Assembly (NCBI GenBank): GCA_963663965.2
Contig: CAXXFK010000042.1
Span: 32,001 to 96,000, forward strand
Origin: Sedimentisphaerales bacterium
GTDB lineage: Bacteria; Planctomycetota; Phycisphaerae; Sedimentisphaerales; SM23-30
DNA length: 64,000 nt
Direction: 5' to 3'
Within the stretch, counting starts at the first letter, position 1. Each line of letters begins with the position of its first letter. Under the pieces are notes generated by a model. It was not told the origin of the DNA. It ran no database searches and saw only the letters and a list, made by a program, of their open reading frames with translations. Below, one piece after another: positions 19,694 to 30,685 of this stretch. Position numbers and translations under genes: made by a program.

Positions 19694-21253
19694 TCAGGGC
19701 ATTGTTTTGAGCCAGTTGGCTGACAGGAGCGCCAGGTCGTTCATATCGACGATGCCGTTGCCATCGATATCACCGGGCAGGCCGACATGAATCGATACGG
19801 TGGTTTCGGTGCGGTTGCGGTTATGGCCGTCGCAATCGAGAATGGACTGATCGGTGACGACCAGCCGAAGGGTGTAGGCGCAAGGCTGCAGGCCGGTGGT
19901 ATCCCATTGAGCCAGGTAACCATTGTAGACCGGGGCGCTACTGGAAGCGATGTCCACCCAGCCGGGATAATCCCCGCCGGTGAATTGCAGGACCCAGCTG
20001 TCCAGGTTGGCGTCCAAGGCTGTCCCGATGATATCGACTAGTCCCTGAACATAATCGCATTCGGTGGGATTGAGAATCCAGGCAAGCGGGGAGGTGTTGT
20101 CAACGGTAATCACTTGAATGATATTGTCGGTATTATTGCACTGGTCGATCGCCTGCACCCAGATCTGATAGTCGCCATCGGGGATCGCGTAACCGATGGT
20201 ATTCCAATAAGCAAAGGGATCATTGACGCGTGACGAGGTGTAAGTCGGATAGGATGGATTCACCGGTTGCCACCAACCGGCGCCGATGGGCTGGTAATCG
20301 ACGGTATAATGATCGAAGCAGTGGTTATCCCAGACGGTGCCATCGAAGCAGATGGTCCGGCCGTAGATGCCGCCATCGACGGGAGTGTTGAGTATGAGCG
20401 AGGACCAGGAATGGTCGACCCAGACCGTGGTGATATCGGAAGCGGTCATGCTGCAGGGATTTTCGGCGGTGAGGCGGATATTATAGTAGCCTTGGGGCAG
20501 GGATGAGGTATCCAATGAGCCAAGATAGCAGTCGCAACCCACCGGGTAAATACTGGTTCGAAAGGTCGTCCAGGCGGCAGCGCCAACGGGTTGATATTCA
20601 AGGATATAACGCTGGAACGGGCCATCGGGATCCCAGGCGTAGCCATAGACAGCAATGGGGTCGCAGCCGCAGGCCTCAAACCCCGGAGAGGTGATGTCGG
20701 CTACGGGCGGGGTGGTGTCAATGTCGAAATGGAGGTCGTCGATGGTTTCGGCGGCGCCTGAACCGCCGTCGATTTCGAGTCTGACGATGCTGGCAGAGGG
20801 ATAGGTGACATTGACGAAGCGATGAACACCGTGCAGTTTGGTGCAATCGGAGATAGTAACGATTTGATTTACAATGAGGTTAGAGCGGGAGTCGTATCCT
20901 CGGATGGCATAGGTGCCGCAATAATAACCCAGGGTGAACGATATGTTATTCTGCTTTTTATCAAAGTCGATCCGAAGATATTCGGGTGAGAATTCGCATC
21001 CGGCCTTGGGTCGGGTGGTCAGGGCCTGGGATGGAGACGAAGTTCCGCCACGGTTAGTCATATCGATGAGATAAGTCTCGCCGGTACAATTGCCACCCGG
21101 GGCGGAAAAGGTGACGCCATAATACTGGCCGACCACAACGGTGCCGACGGGAAGTTCTTCGAAGGTGTAATTGGGGCATACGCCTGAAGTTATGGTTGTG
21201 AAAAGCAAGACTGAACCAATGGTTAAAAAGACATTAAGCTTACACCGTTTCAT
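19694..21253 (-). CDS. Secreted multi-Ig-like domain protein with C-terminal dockerin-like motif
   Basis: Signal peptide; three repeats ending 'G.Y.I.L.A.D/N'; C-terminus PGDIDGNGIVDMNDLALLSANWL. Confidence 0.75.
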   Translation of the reverse strand: MKRCKLNVFLTIGSVLLFTTITSGVCPNYTFEELPVGTVVVGQYYGVTFSAPGGNCTGETYLIDMTNRGGTSSPSQALTTRPKAGCEFSPEYLRIDFDKKQNNISFTLGYYCGTYAIRGYDSRSNLIVNQIVTISDCTKLHGVHRFVNVTYPSASIVRLEIDGGSGAAETIDDLHFDIDTTPPVADITSPGFEACGCDPIAVYGYAWDPDGPFQRYILEYQPVGAAAWTTFRTSIYPVGCDCYLGSLDTSSLPQGYYNIRLTAENPCSMTASDITTVWVDHSWSSLILNTPVDGGIYGRTICFDGTVWDNHCFDHYTVDYQPIGAGWWQPVNPSYPTYTSSRVNDPFAYWNTIGYAIPDGDYQIWVQAIDQCNNTDNIIQVITVDNTSPLAWILNPTECDYVQGLVDIIGTALDANLDSWVLQFTGGDYPGWVDIASSSAPVYNGYLAQWDTTGLQPCAYTLRLVVTDQSILDCDGHNRNRTETTVSIHVGLPGDIDGNGIVDMNDLALLSANWLKTMP

Positions 21254-21462
21254 GAAAGCCCCCTTTCATAAAGGCCACTCTTGCTGGGGAGTGCGCAGGG
21301 ATTAAAACACCGAATTGTGGAAGAATATCCTCACCGTGTCCTGTTATTTATAAAGGACACGGTTAAAGGATTTCACCAGTTACAGACACTAGAAATTTAT
21401 AGACCGCGTTTGCAGACTATTTCCAATCAATTTAAAAAAAACGATTTAAATTTTTTGGGTTA

Positions 21463-21644
21463 GGAACCGCGTATAAATAAATAACACCCTTATTTTTCAT
21501 CCCATTTTGCCGCCATCTTCAGCCGCTTCTCCATCGCGAAATCCTCGACATAGAATCGCACTGCCTGCGGTTTCGCTCAATCGGCGCGACTGAATCTGAC
21601 AACCATCTGTGCGATACATGTAGCATTTATTTATGCGCGGTTCC
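21463..21644. mobile_element. MITE copy 1 (182 bp, TTA target duplication)
   Basis: TIRs GGAACCGCGTATAAATAAAT / ATTTATTTATGCGCGGTTCC flanked by TTA...TTA. Confidence 0.85.
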
Positions 21645-21650
21645 TTACTT

Positions 21651-23363
21651 TTAATTTGCTTTCAGTTGGGGGGTATTTTTGTCGATCAGGATGGGCATTT
21701 CGCGCCAGTTGTGATCTTTGAGATAACCGATCTGTTCGACGCGCGGGCGGCGTTCGCGCAGGCGGACCGAGTTGACGTGGATCAGGTCGTTGTCGGATAA
21801 ATGGTTACGGCCGACACACTCCAGCCGGAAGGTGTATTTGCCCGGTTCGGGCCAGAAGTCCATCAGCTGGAAGTCGTCGACCTCGTTTTCGTCGCTGTAC
21901 AGGTCGATGGGATTGCCGATTTTGACGCCTTCGAGCGAGGCCTGGTAGATCCCGCTGTGGGGGGAGCGGCCCAGCACGACGACCAGCCGGTAAGGCTGCT
22001 TTCGCTGGACTTCGAAGGTCAGTTCGATCCAGGCATTGTCCCGGGAGATGGGTGTGAATTCGAGCAGAGGATCGGTGTCGAAATAGGTGTGCGTGTTGCG
22101 CATCCGGGTGCGTCCCTGGCCGTGATACTGGTCGGCCTGAAAGTCGCTGCCCCAGGCGCAAATTGGGTCGATCGAGGGCAGCTTGCGCTGTTCGGCCGTG
22201 GTGGTCTGGGTATAACGTTTAGAGGGGCCCAGTTGGTACCAGTAGGCGACGCTGCTGACATCATCCTGGCGCTGGCCGTACAGGCGTGAGAGGTTTTCCG
22301 GATTTTCGTCCCGGTTGGCGAATCCCATGGTTTCGATGGCCACTTTCAGGCTGGTATTAAACACGATGGGATCGGCGATATGCCAGCGGTAACAGGATGA
22401 CATCTGGCCGACATCGCGGTTTGGGTGGCTGAGGTAGGCGGTGCCAAAATAGGGGGTCAGGCAGGGTTTCTGGCCCCAGGCAGAAAGAAAATAGTCTTCG
22501 GTGCCTGTGCCCCAAACTGAAGGCGTTTCTTCAGAGTCGATGGTCATACGGATATCTCCTTCCCCGAACCAGTCCGGGCTGCGAGTCCGTACCGATAGCA
22601 GGGTGCCAACGTAGTAGCCCGTGCCTTCGGCGTCGAGGATGAGATATTCGTTGTCGGGCTGGTCGGGATTGCCCAGGACGGGATATTCCTGTCGGTATCG
22701 GGCGCAAAAATACATGGTATTGGCCGGGAGAGAATTTTTTTTGATCCAGTCAACCGAATGAAACAGGGCCCGCAGATTTTTGTCACTTTGATTGATGACC
22801 TCGATCCGCGCGGATTTGCGGAAGGGCATACGCCACCAACAATTATAGGAGTCGCCATCTTCGGTTACCACCGGCAGGCTCAGTACGGTGGTGCGTTTAC
22901 CGAAACCGGCGGCGAAAAAATCGCTCATGGGCACTTCGACGTCGGGATCGGGCCGGTCATCCCAATACATGCGGATGAGGATTTCCTGGGGATTGGCCCG
23001 TCCGCCCGGTTCGGCGCCGAACTGAAGCGACTGGAAATGATAGAGGGTCATCCAGATATGGGTGATCACACCCGGCCCGGTCAGGTCGGCGATGACGACG
23101 GTCTGGCCCGGCTCGACGACGTGATTGCAATCGACGTTGGCAGTGGGATCGGGCAGGTTGTCCAGGCCAAGGCGGACCGAACTGGCGGACATGCTGCGAC
23201 CATCTTCCCAGCGGGTGATATCATCCAGCAGGCCCTGGGCCTGGGTGGTTTGGGCAAGAAGAACGGCATGGATTGCCAGAATGGCAATGGTCAAGCCCAG
23301 GGATGGGTGTTGGGCCGGCAAGGTCAGTTTGCTTCGTGGTTGAATAGCTGTTATTTTTATCAT
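21651..23363 (-). CDS. DUF2961/GH172-family glycoside hydrolase with C-terminal extra domain
   Basis: GPGVITHIW, RMYWD, MPFRKSARI, WFGEGD, GTGTEDYF and SSVAYWYQ motifs. Confidence 0.85.
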   Translation of the reverse strand: MIKITAIQPRSKLTLPAQHPSLGLTIAILAIHAVLLAQTTQAQGLLDDITRWEDGRSMSASSVRLGLDNLPDPTANVDCNHVVEPGQTVVIADLTGPGVITHIWMTLYHFQSLQFGAEPGGRANPQEILIRMYWDDRPDPDVEVPMSDFFAAGFGKRTTVLSLPVVTEDGDSYNCWWRMPFRKSARIEVINQSDKNLRALFHSVDWIKKNSLPANTMYFCARYRQEYPVLGNPDQPDNEYLILDAEGTGYYVGTLLSVRTRSPDWFGEGDIRMTIDSEETPSVWGTGTEDYFLSAWGQKPCLTPYFGTAYLSHPNRDVGQMSSCYRWHIADPIVFNTSLKVAIETMGFANRDENPENLSRLYGQRQDDVSSVAYWYQLGPSKRYTQTTTAEQRKLPSIDPICAWGSDFQADQYHGQGRTRMRNTHTYFDTDPLLEFTPISRDNAWIELTFEVQRKQPYRLVVVLGRSPHSGIYQASLEGVKIGNPIDLYSDENEVDDFQLMDFWPEPGKYTFRLECVGRNHLSDNDLIHVNSVRLRERRPRVEQIGYLKDHNWREMPILIDKNTPQLKAN

Positions 23364-23420
23364 ATGCGTTTTATCTCCATTTCTGACGGATTGTCAACTT
23401 GTTTAAGATAGCCGGACTTT

Positions 23421-25700
23421 TCAGACAGGGGGCCGGCCGGATTCTATGCCGATTTTGTTGAAGGATTGGAAGAGAAAGACCATGGCTGCCAATGCGATGA
23501 CGGCTAAAACCAATCCCCAGATCATGTTTCCATAGACAAAATTGCCCACGGAGAAAAGTGAGGCGTAAATGGCCACGCATCCGAGGAAGACGCACAGGAT
23601 CTGCATGGGGAGTTTCCAATCGCCGATAGCGTTGGTCCGGTCGATTTCTTCGCCGTCGGAGCGGGCGGCTTGAACGACTTTTTTCCAGCCCGGGCCACCC
23701 GGGTGACAGAGTTTATAGAAGCGACGCAGCGTCTGGGTATCGGCCGGGGGGGTTACCAGGGTGGTGATTATCCAGACGATCGTGACGATGAGGACGGCGA
23801 CGAGCAGTTGAACGGAGAATTTGAGTTCGTTGAGGCTGGGGTGATAGATATAGATTTTACCGTTATGGATCAGACCGCCAAATGCAAGTGCCATTTCATC
23901 ACACGTCAACGGCTGATCAATGCCGCTGTCCGTCCGTTGTCGATTCTGTTTATCACATTCCTGTTGTTTTTGCCGATCATAAAACTGCTGCAGGTCCTGC
24001 TGCCAGGGTTTGTCATCCAAGACTTTTAATCTGTTGGGTATGGACACTGCTGATTGAATTATTTTGACTTGATCATGTTTGGCATCGTAAGCGGCCCGGG
24101 CCGTGTCACGAGCTTCGATGCTTTGTTTGCGGGCCTGCCGCCAGTCGGTGGCCAGGCTTTCGAGCTCTGTTTCGGCGTTCTTGAGGGATTCCTGAAGTAT
24201 CAATTGAGAACCGGTGACGGCTTCGACAGTATCGGCATCATCGATCACGAATACTTTGTCCTGGACGGAAGGGTTATTGATATACCATTTGAGTGTGCCC
24301 TCGTTGCCGACCCCCATAACAATCCAGAAAGCCACGATGGTCGCGGTGAGCATGGCGACAATTTCGGTCCAGGCATTAATCCGCCACCAGAACCAGCGCA
24401 TCAGGTAGATGGCGCCGGTGCCGGCGCCAGAGAGGAGCAGGATTTCGAAAGCCTGATTGGCATCTTCCAGAAAGGTCAGGGAAAAGACCCCGGTGATCAG
24501 CATCAGCACCACGGTACAGAGGCGTCCTGCCGTGACCATTTCCTTTTCGCCGGCTGAGGGCCGGACAAAGCGTTTGTACCAGTCGTTGACGACGTAGGAG
24601 GAACCCCAGTTCAGGTGGGTGCCGATGGTGGACATGTAGGCGGCGATCAATGAAGCCACGACCAGCCCGAGCAGTCCCGGCCCCAGTTTGGAAATCATGA
24701 CCGCGTAGGCGATGTCATCCTGTAAATAGGTTGGGTCGATGCCGGGGAATTCGGATTTGATTTTGCTCAGTTCGGGGTAGCAGATGAGAGAGGCGAGGGC
24801 CACGATGATCCAGGGCCAGGGTCGCATGGCATAGTGCATGAAGTTGAAGAACAGGGTGGCGCCGATGGCATTTTTTTCATCTCTGGCCGAGAGCATGCGC
24901 TGGGCGATATAGCCGCCGCCGCCCGGCTCGGCGCCGGGGTACCAGACACTCCACCATTGCACGGCCACCGGGATCAGCAAGAGCGGCACCCAGGCCAGCC
25001 AGGTGGAGAAATCCGGCATCCAGCTTAACTTGCCCACGAGTGCCGGATTGGAGAGCAGGCCGCTGAGCCCACCGACTTCGGGCTGCCGGCAGGCGATAAT
25101 GGCGGCGTATACCGCCCCGAACATGGCGATACTATACTGAAAGAAGTCGGCCCAGATACAGCTTTTGATCCCGCCGGCGGTAGCATAAATCACCACTCCG
25201 ATCGATCCGCAGACTACCGCGACCCAGGGCTCGACGCCGAAAATAACCTGTCCAATTTTGATGGCGGCCAGCGTAACGGCGCCCATAATCAGGCAGTTAA
25301 AAAAGATACCCAGGTACAAAGACCGGAAGTAGCGAATAAAAGCCGCGCTCTTGCCGCTGTAACGCAGTTCGTAAAATTCCAGGTCGGTCATGACGTTGGA
25401 CCGGCGCCACAGCTGGGCGTAGATGAAGACGGTGACCATGCCGGTGATCAGAAAGGCCCACCAACCCCAGTTAGAGACTACGCCCCGGCAGCGGACCCAG
25501 GAGGTGACGAGGTTGGGTGAATCGCAGGAGAAGGTGCAGGCTACCATTGATACTCCCAGCAGCCACCAGGGCATGCTGCGGCCGCCCAGAAAGAACGACG
25601 CGGTATCACTGCCGGCCTTTCGCGACATGATCAGGCCGATCAAAATTACTGTCACCAGAAAAGCACCGATAATCAGCCAGTCAATCCAGATCAATGTCAT
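23421..25700 (-). CDS. Sodium:solute symporter (SSS family) with a large soluble insertion
   Basis: FFLGGRSMPWW, PGAEPGGGGYIAQRM and AAYMST motifs; multiple TM helices. Confidence 0.9.
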   Translation of the reverse strand: MTLIWIDWLIIGAFLVTVILIGLIMSRKAGSDTASFFLGGRSMPWWLLGVSMVACTFSCDSPNLVTSWVRCRGVVSNWGWWAFLITGMVTVFIYAQLWRRSNVMTDLEFYELRYSGKSAAFIRYFRSLYLGIFFNCLIMGAVTLAAIKIGQVIFGVEPWVAVVCGSIGVVIYATAGGIKSCIWADFFQYSIAMFGAVYAAIIACRQPEVGGLSGLLSNPALVGKLSWMPDFSTWLAWVPLLLIPVAVQWWSVWYPGAEPGGGGYIAQRMLSARDEKNAIGATLFFNFMHYAMRPWPWIIVALASLICYPELSKIKSEFPGIDPTYLQDDIAYAVMISKLGPGLLGLVVASLIAAYMSTIGTHLNWGSSYVVNDWYKRFVRPSAGEKEMVTAGRLCTVVLMLITGVFSLTFLEDANQAFEILLLSGAGTGAIYLMRWFWWRINAWTEIVAMLTATIVAFWIVMGVGNEGTLKWYINNPSVQDKVFVIDDADTVEAVTGSQLILQESLKNAETELESLATDWRQARKQSIEARDTARAAYDAKHDQVKIIQSAVSIPNRLKVLDDKPWQQDLQQFYDRQKQQECDKQNRQRTDSGIDQPLTCDEMALAFGGLIHNGKIYIYHPSLNELKFSVQLLVAVLIVTIVWIITTLVTPPADTQTLRRFYKLCHPGGPGWKKVVQAARSDGEEIDRTNAIGDWKLPMQILCVFLGCVAIYASLFSVGNFVYGNMIWGLVLAVIALAAMVFLFQSFNKIGIESGRPPV

Positions 25701-25787
25701 GTCATCCCCTTGTTAAATATAAGCGAAAATAATCGGGTTAAAAAACTAAAAAAAATTCTGGAGTAATATTAGTAAGAAATCTTCTTA

Positions 25788-25965
25788 GGGACCGTAAATA
25801 AATAACACCTTCATTTCTCATCCCATCTTGCCGCCATCTTCAGCCGCTTCTCCATCGCGAAATCCTCGACATCGATTAGCACGGGCTGCGGTTTCGCTCA
25901 ATCGACGCGACAGAATCTGACGACAAGCTGTGCGATCAATGCAGCATTTATTTATATACGGACCC
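25788..25965. mobile_element. MITE copy 2 (178 bp, TTA target duplication)
   Basis: GGGACCGTAAATAAAT...ATTTATTTATATACGGACCC; homologous to 21463-21644. Confidence 0.85.
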
Positions 25966-26040
25966 TTAGTGGCTACAGGCATCGCTAAAGTGATTTTTGA
26001 GTTTTTTCTAAACATATCTCTCTGCGCTGACAGCGCCGGA

Positions 26041-26928
26041 TTAGTCGGTAGCGCCGGACCGGCCCTGCAGTGGAACCTGTCGAGCGATACGGCGGTTCGA
26101 TATTCCTACAAATCGTCTTAAATTTTCACCATATATCTGATCGAGGGTCTCTTTTTTAATTTCGAAGTCCGCCAGTATCTGGCCGTCGATATCCAGCCAA
26201 TGTTTTACCCAGTCGATATTATAATTCCGGGTAAAGCTGTCGCTGCCGAACATGACGTTGTGGGCGACATCATAGCCGATCTGGAAGACCTTCGACAAGG
26301 CGTCGCGCCGGTACAATTCGGGGGTACCGGGTGAAATGTCAATAAACATTTCCGCGGTGGCTTCCTTTCGCTGACCACAGGCGTTCAGGAATTTTCCGTA
26401 TACCGCGATATGCTCATCACACCACGGCCAGGAGATATGGGCCAGCGCGAAACGAAGGTTGGGGATTTCGATGAAGGCTTCAAACGCGGCGGGCATGTTG
26501 TATTGGCTGCTGGCCTGGCCATCCCATAAAATTCCTGAATGGAAGAGAATGGGTTTGTTATGGGAAGCGATATAACGAAAAACATCCAATGCGATGGGAT
26601 TGGAGGGGTAAAAATAATTGCAAATGACTTTAAAACCACTGATCCTGGCCGCCAGGGCGTGATCGATCTGTTGGCGGGCATCGTTTTCAAGCGGATCGAT
26701 CCAGTAAAAGGGGAACAGCCCGGGATCCTCTTCACACCAGTTCAGCAGGTCGCGCAGTCTTTGCTCGTTGGAAAGCGAGAGCTCTGAGAGATGAAAACAC
26801 ACCGGAGGCTGGGAGATTACCAGACCGCCGCTGACGCCTGCCTGAGCGGCTTTTTTCAGAAACTGTTGTTTGGTATCACCGTTTAAATCGCCTGTGGGAG
26901 AAATGTGGATATGACCATCTAAAATCAT
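26041..26928 (-). CDS. Amidohydrolase family (TIM-barrel metal-dependent hydrolase)
   Basis: DGHIH, LFHSG, LAH and FGSD motifs. Confidence 0.85.
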   Translation of the reverse strand: MILDGHIHISPTGDLNGDTKQQFLKKAAQAGVSGGLVISQPPVCFHLSELSLSNEQRLRDLLNWCEEDPGLFPFYWIDPLENDARQQIDHALAARISGFKVICNYFYPSNPIALDVFRYIASHNKPILFHSGILWDGQASSQYNMPAAFEAFIEIPNLRFALAHISWPWCDEHIAVYGKFLNACGQRKEATAEMFIDISPGTPELYRRDALSKVFQIGYDVAHNVMFGSDSFTRNYNIDWVKHWLDIDGQILADFEIKKETLDQIYGENLRRFVGISNRRIARQVPLQGRSGATD

Positions 26929-26942
26929 GTTTTATACTCCTT

Positions 26943-27491
26943 TCACCAATTGATTCCCTGGAGATGAATGGCGCCGGGAGGAAGTGACTTTTTCGTAAGT
27001 GGGTAGTACATGGCCATGTCATCATTTTTCCAGGCGGAAAAGCTTTCATCCGTTCCACCCGGACCGATTCTGATGATATCGGGGGCATTGACGGCTATCC
27101 AGCCGAGATTGGCGTAAATGTTTTGAATTTCGGCCTTGCAAAAGAGGAATCCGACATCGAATGCCTGGGCGGTTGCCTCTTCCATGGCCTTTGACAGGAG
27201 TATCCTGGATACTCCCCGGCCCCGGCCGGAAGGATGAACGCAAACATTGCCAATCCCCGCCACGCGATAGCTTTCGGTACCGATGAGGATTGGCCGGTTG
27301 ATAACGGCCAGATGGGCTAACAAGGTTGAGTCTTTGCGAATGATGACAGAATATTCAGGAACGGTTTGGTTCCAATACCGGGTTCTGGAAAAAACACCCC
27401 GGTCTTTGGGAAAGCAAAGACAAAGCAAATCTCTGATTTCATTGTCAAGATAATCTGTAATCTGGTTTTCGTGAATAATTTCTACCTGCAT
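26943..27491 (-). CDS. GNAT family N-acetyltransferase
   Basis: VCVHPSGRGRG acetyl-CoA motif; YANLGW. Confidence 0.88.
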   Translation of the reverse strand: MQVEIIHENQITDYLDNEIRDLLCLCFPKDRGVFSRTRYWNQTVPEYSVIIRKDSTLLAHLAVINRPILIGTESYRVAGIGNVCVHPSGRGRGVSRILLSKAMEEATAQAFDVGFLFCKAEIQNIYANLGWIAVNAPDIIRIGPGGTDESFSAWKNDDMAMYYPLTKKSLPPGAIHLQGINW

Positions 27492-28290
27492 GATTGACTC
27501 AATGTTCCCATTCGCAGTGGTTTTCGATTATTCATCTAATCCTGACTCGGCAATAGCGATTCCAATAGAGGATCACGCCGGCATTTGCCGCTCTGGAAAG
27601 AAAATTGACCATTCTATACAATGTTGACGCCAGCGTCAAAAGTCGATAATTTTGACAAAAAGCCGCGTTTTTCGTTTGTTATGGGCATTTTTTTTGCCAA
27701 TTTTATACTTTTGTCGCTGCCATCAATGTTATATTTGTAAGGGAATAATCTAACAAATCTAAATTGAACTATCAAGTCTCATCCGAACAGAATCGCATAT
27801 ATTTTATAAAAAAAGGGATAAACCAGCAATACCAGCACCCAAAAGGATTGCGATATGTTTTTCAAAAGGCCTGCGCAGGCGAATGGGTTTTATAACCTCA
27901 GCAATAACAGTTGATTAGAAAATTTCATGTTGTAATACGGGTTAATCGAGTCCATCTAGTGGTTTGATAATCCATCTCAGTAATGGTATGGTGACTTACA
28001 AGCGGGTAAGAGGTAAGCCAGACTGGTCGGACGTTGTTCCCGTCGTAATGCAGTGCGGTTAAACCTTTTTTTAAATAGCGGGTAAGATTATTGAAAAAAT
28101 GTTTGTTCGGTCTTGTGGGATATTATAAAGAAAAAACCACAATGCGGTAATTAAAGGGGATAAAAAAGGCTGGTATGGTGGTGATATGCGGTTAATATAG
28201 TAAGGTGTAGTGTCATATTGGAGTCCGGTTTCTGTCGTTGGGCTATGTGTCCGGCCGGATATTAATATTAGCTTGTTACGATGAGGTGTC

Positions 28291-30552
28291 ATGATGAGGC
28301 AAGCGCGTGTGGAGAGGTATCGTTTGGTATCAAAAGAGGCTGATGACTTATGGATTACCGGGCAAAAAGAAGCCTGTTTTGGATTGCTGGATGAGATGAT
28401 TGCCCTGGCCGAGGGAAATGGTGATGATGATTATCGATTATTCTTTGAATCGGAGAAATTGGGGTATCCGAAAAAAGATTTCGGTACTGCTCTGGAGTTA
28501 GTAAAACAGGCATTGGCATGGCAGGAGGAATATCTGGTTGAACCAGATTATTTTATCTTACGTGTGACCGGTTCTGTATATCTATCATTGGAAAATTATT
28601 CGGAAGCACTGAATTGTTATGAACGGGCACTGGCTGCGAATCCGAATGACTTTGGATCATGGTTCAATAAGAGTGTTATGTATTTGAGGCGGCAGGAACT
28701 TGATCGTTGTCTCGAATGTTGTGAACATGCGGAAAAGCTGGATTCCCAGGATGACCGGGACTGGCGAAATCTGGGTGGTATCTTTTTCCGAGCCGGACAA
28801 ATAGAGCGGTCTTTAACGTGTTGCAATCGGGCACTGGCGATGAACAGTGATCGCGCATTGAACTGGCGGGAAAAAGGGGCAATCTTACTGCAAAGCGGCC
28901 GGTTTGACGAGGCGATAGAGGCGTTAAACGGGGCGCTGGCCCTGGATAAGGAAGATTATCAGTCCTGGCGCTGCAAAGGCGTTTGTCTGATACACCAGAG
29001 GAAGTTCGCAGAAGCGCTGGCATGTTTAAACCAATCGTTGTCGATCAACGATGGCGATTTTATGGTCTGGAAAGATAAGGGTTGGGTATTGGGGCAACTG
29101 CGGCAACTCCGGGAAGCGCGGTTCTGTTTTGAAAAGACGGTGGCGCTTAATCCGAATGACTCAGAGAGTTTCAGTGAACTGGGCAAATTATCCTCGGCGC
29201 TGGGTGAGGGGGCAAAGGCGCTGGATTATTTTGACCGGGCGCTGGCAATCGATGGCCAGTTTGGCTGGGGATGGCACTGGAAGGGGGTGACGCTGTCAGA
29301 CCTGGGGCGGCATGGAGAGGCGACAGGTTGTTTTGACAAGGCGTTGAGCTATGAGCCGAATTATCAAAGCTGGTATCGCAAAGGGATTTCGAGCCACCTG
29401 ATGGAACAGTTAGATGTCGCGGTTACGTGTTTCCGCAAGGCGCTGGAACAGGATGATCGAGACAGTTTATTGTGGTATTTTCTGGGAGCGTCGTTATCGA
29501 AACTGGACCGGGATGACGAGGCGGTCGATTGTTTTGACCGGTCGCTGGATCTGGACCGGATGAATTATCTGAGCTGGCAACTTAAAGGGATTGCCCTGGG
29601 TAAACTGGGGGAGTATGATGAAAGCGAACTGTGCCTGCGGGAAGCCGTGCGTCTGCAACCAACCAATGCCAACAGCCAGCGGGAACTGGGAGCAATCTTG
29701 ATCATTAAGAAGCAGTATACCCCGGCGATTGAGGTTTTACGCGGGGCGAAAGACCTGAATCCGCAGGATGCGATGATCTGGATCAATCTCGGGTTGGCTG
29801 TGGCGATGACTGATCGGCATCAGGAAGCGGTTGGGTATTTTGAAAAAGGGCTGGCCCTGAAGCCGGAACCGGCCGGCTGGGTATTGATGGCATTATCGCT
29901 GTTTCAACTGGATCAGGCGGAGCAGGCGCTGGGGTATTTGAAAAAGGCGCGGCAGTTTATGCCGGAGGATTACCGGATCTGGTATCTGTGCGGTTGTTTG
30001 CAGTCCCTTAACAGTCAGACTCGAAACGCGATATCCAGTTTCGAGACGGCATTGCAATGGGGTGAGTCGGATCATCGGATCTGGCGTGAACTGGGATTTC
30101 TGCTGCTGATGGAGACCCAATTGGAGCGGGCGGCGGCATGTCTGCACCGGGCGCTGGATCTGAATGATCAGGATCCGTTCTGCTGGATATATTGCGGGAT
30201 ATTGTATACCGCAGTGATTGTGGAGGGAGAACCGGTCGCTACCCGGGCCGATGAGCCGGTATCGGAAACGGACGCGATAGCATGCGCGGACCGGGCGCTG
30301 GCGCTGAATGATGGTGATTTTCGACTGTGGCATTTGAAAGGGGAGATTCTGATGGTGTTCGAGCAAGAAGAGGCGGCTGAGGCCTGTTATCACAAGGCGG
30401 GTGCATTGAATCCGGATTACGATATCTGGAAAGCGGCCGATGGCCGGCCTGAGGTTGATAAAATAGAGCGGTTAAAAATGGCCCTGAAAGGGATGCTGGC
30501 CGAGTTGAAAGAAAATCTCTGGTCGCTGGCGCGACACATTTTATCTCATTAA
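28291..30552 (+). CDS. Tetratricopeptide repeat protein
   Basis: Many 34-aa repeats of the form W..KG..L......EA..CFD.AL..NP. Confidence 0.9.
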   Translation: MMRQARVERYRLVSKEADDLWITGQKEACFGLLDEMIALAEGNGDDDYRLFFESEKLGYPKKDFGTALELVKQALAWQEEYLVEPDYFILRVTGSVYLSLENYSEALNCYERALAANPNDFGSWFNKSVMYLRRQELDRCLECCEHAEKLDSQDDRDWRNLGGIFFRAGQIERSLTCCNRALAMNSDRALNWREKGAILLQSGRFDEAIEALNGALALDKEDYQSWRCKGVCLIHQRKFAEALACLNQSLSINDGDFMVWKDKGWVLGQLRQLREARFCFEKTVALNPNDSESFSELGKLSSALGEGAKALDYFDRALAIDGQFGWGWHWKGVTLSDLGRHGEATGCFDKALSYEPNYQSWYRKGISSHLMEQLDVAVTCFRKALEQDDRDSLLWYFLGASLSKLDRDDEAVDCFDRSLDLDRMNYLSWQLKGIALGKLGEYDESELCLREAVRLQPTNANSQRELGAILIIKKQYTPAIEVLRGAKDLNPQDAMIWINLGLAVAMTDRHQEAVGYFEKGLALKPEPAGWVLMALSLFQLDQAEQALGYLKKARQFMPEDYRIWYLCGCLQSLNSQTRNAISSFETALQWGESDHRIWRELGFLLLMETQLERAAACLHRALDLNDQDPFCWIYCGILYTAVIVEGEPVATRADEPVSETDAIACADRALALNDGDFRLWHLKGEILMVFEQEEAAEACYHKAGALNPDYDIWKAADGRPEVDKIERLKMALKGMLAELKENLWSLARHILSH

Positions 30553-30685
30553 TCGATGACGGGATAATCTGGTATCCGTAGAATCGCTGATGGCCAGGCC
30601 AGACTATAAAAAAATGCTTCAAGGTGGCACATTCCGGAGAGTTCTGCGCTCAAACTCAGATATACGGTGATTGATCAAAACGGGA

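Noticed and set aside
27492..28290. ncRNA or small gene in the 800-bp intergenic region
   Set aside because: No convincing ORF, tRNA or known RNA motif; consistent with a divergent promoter region
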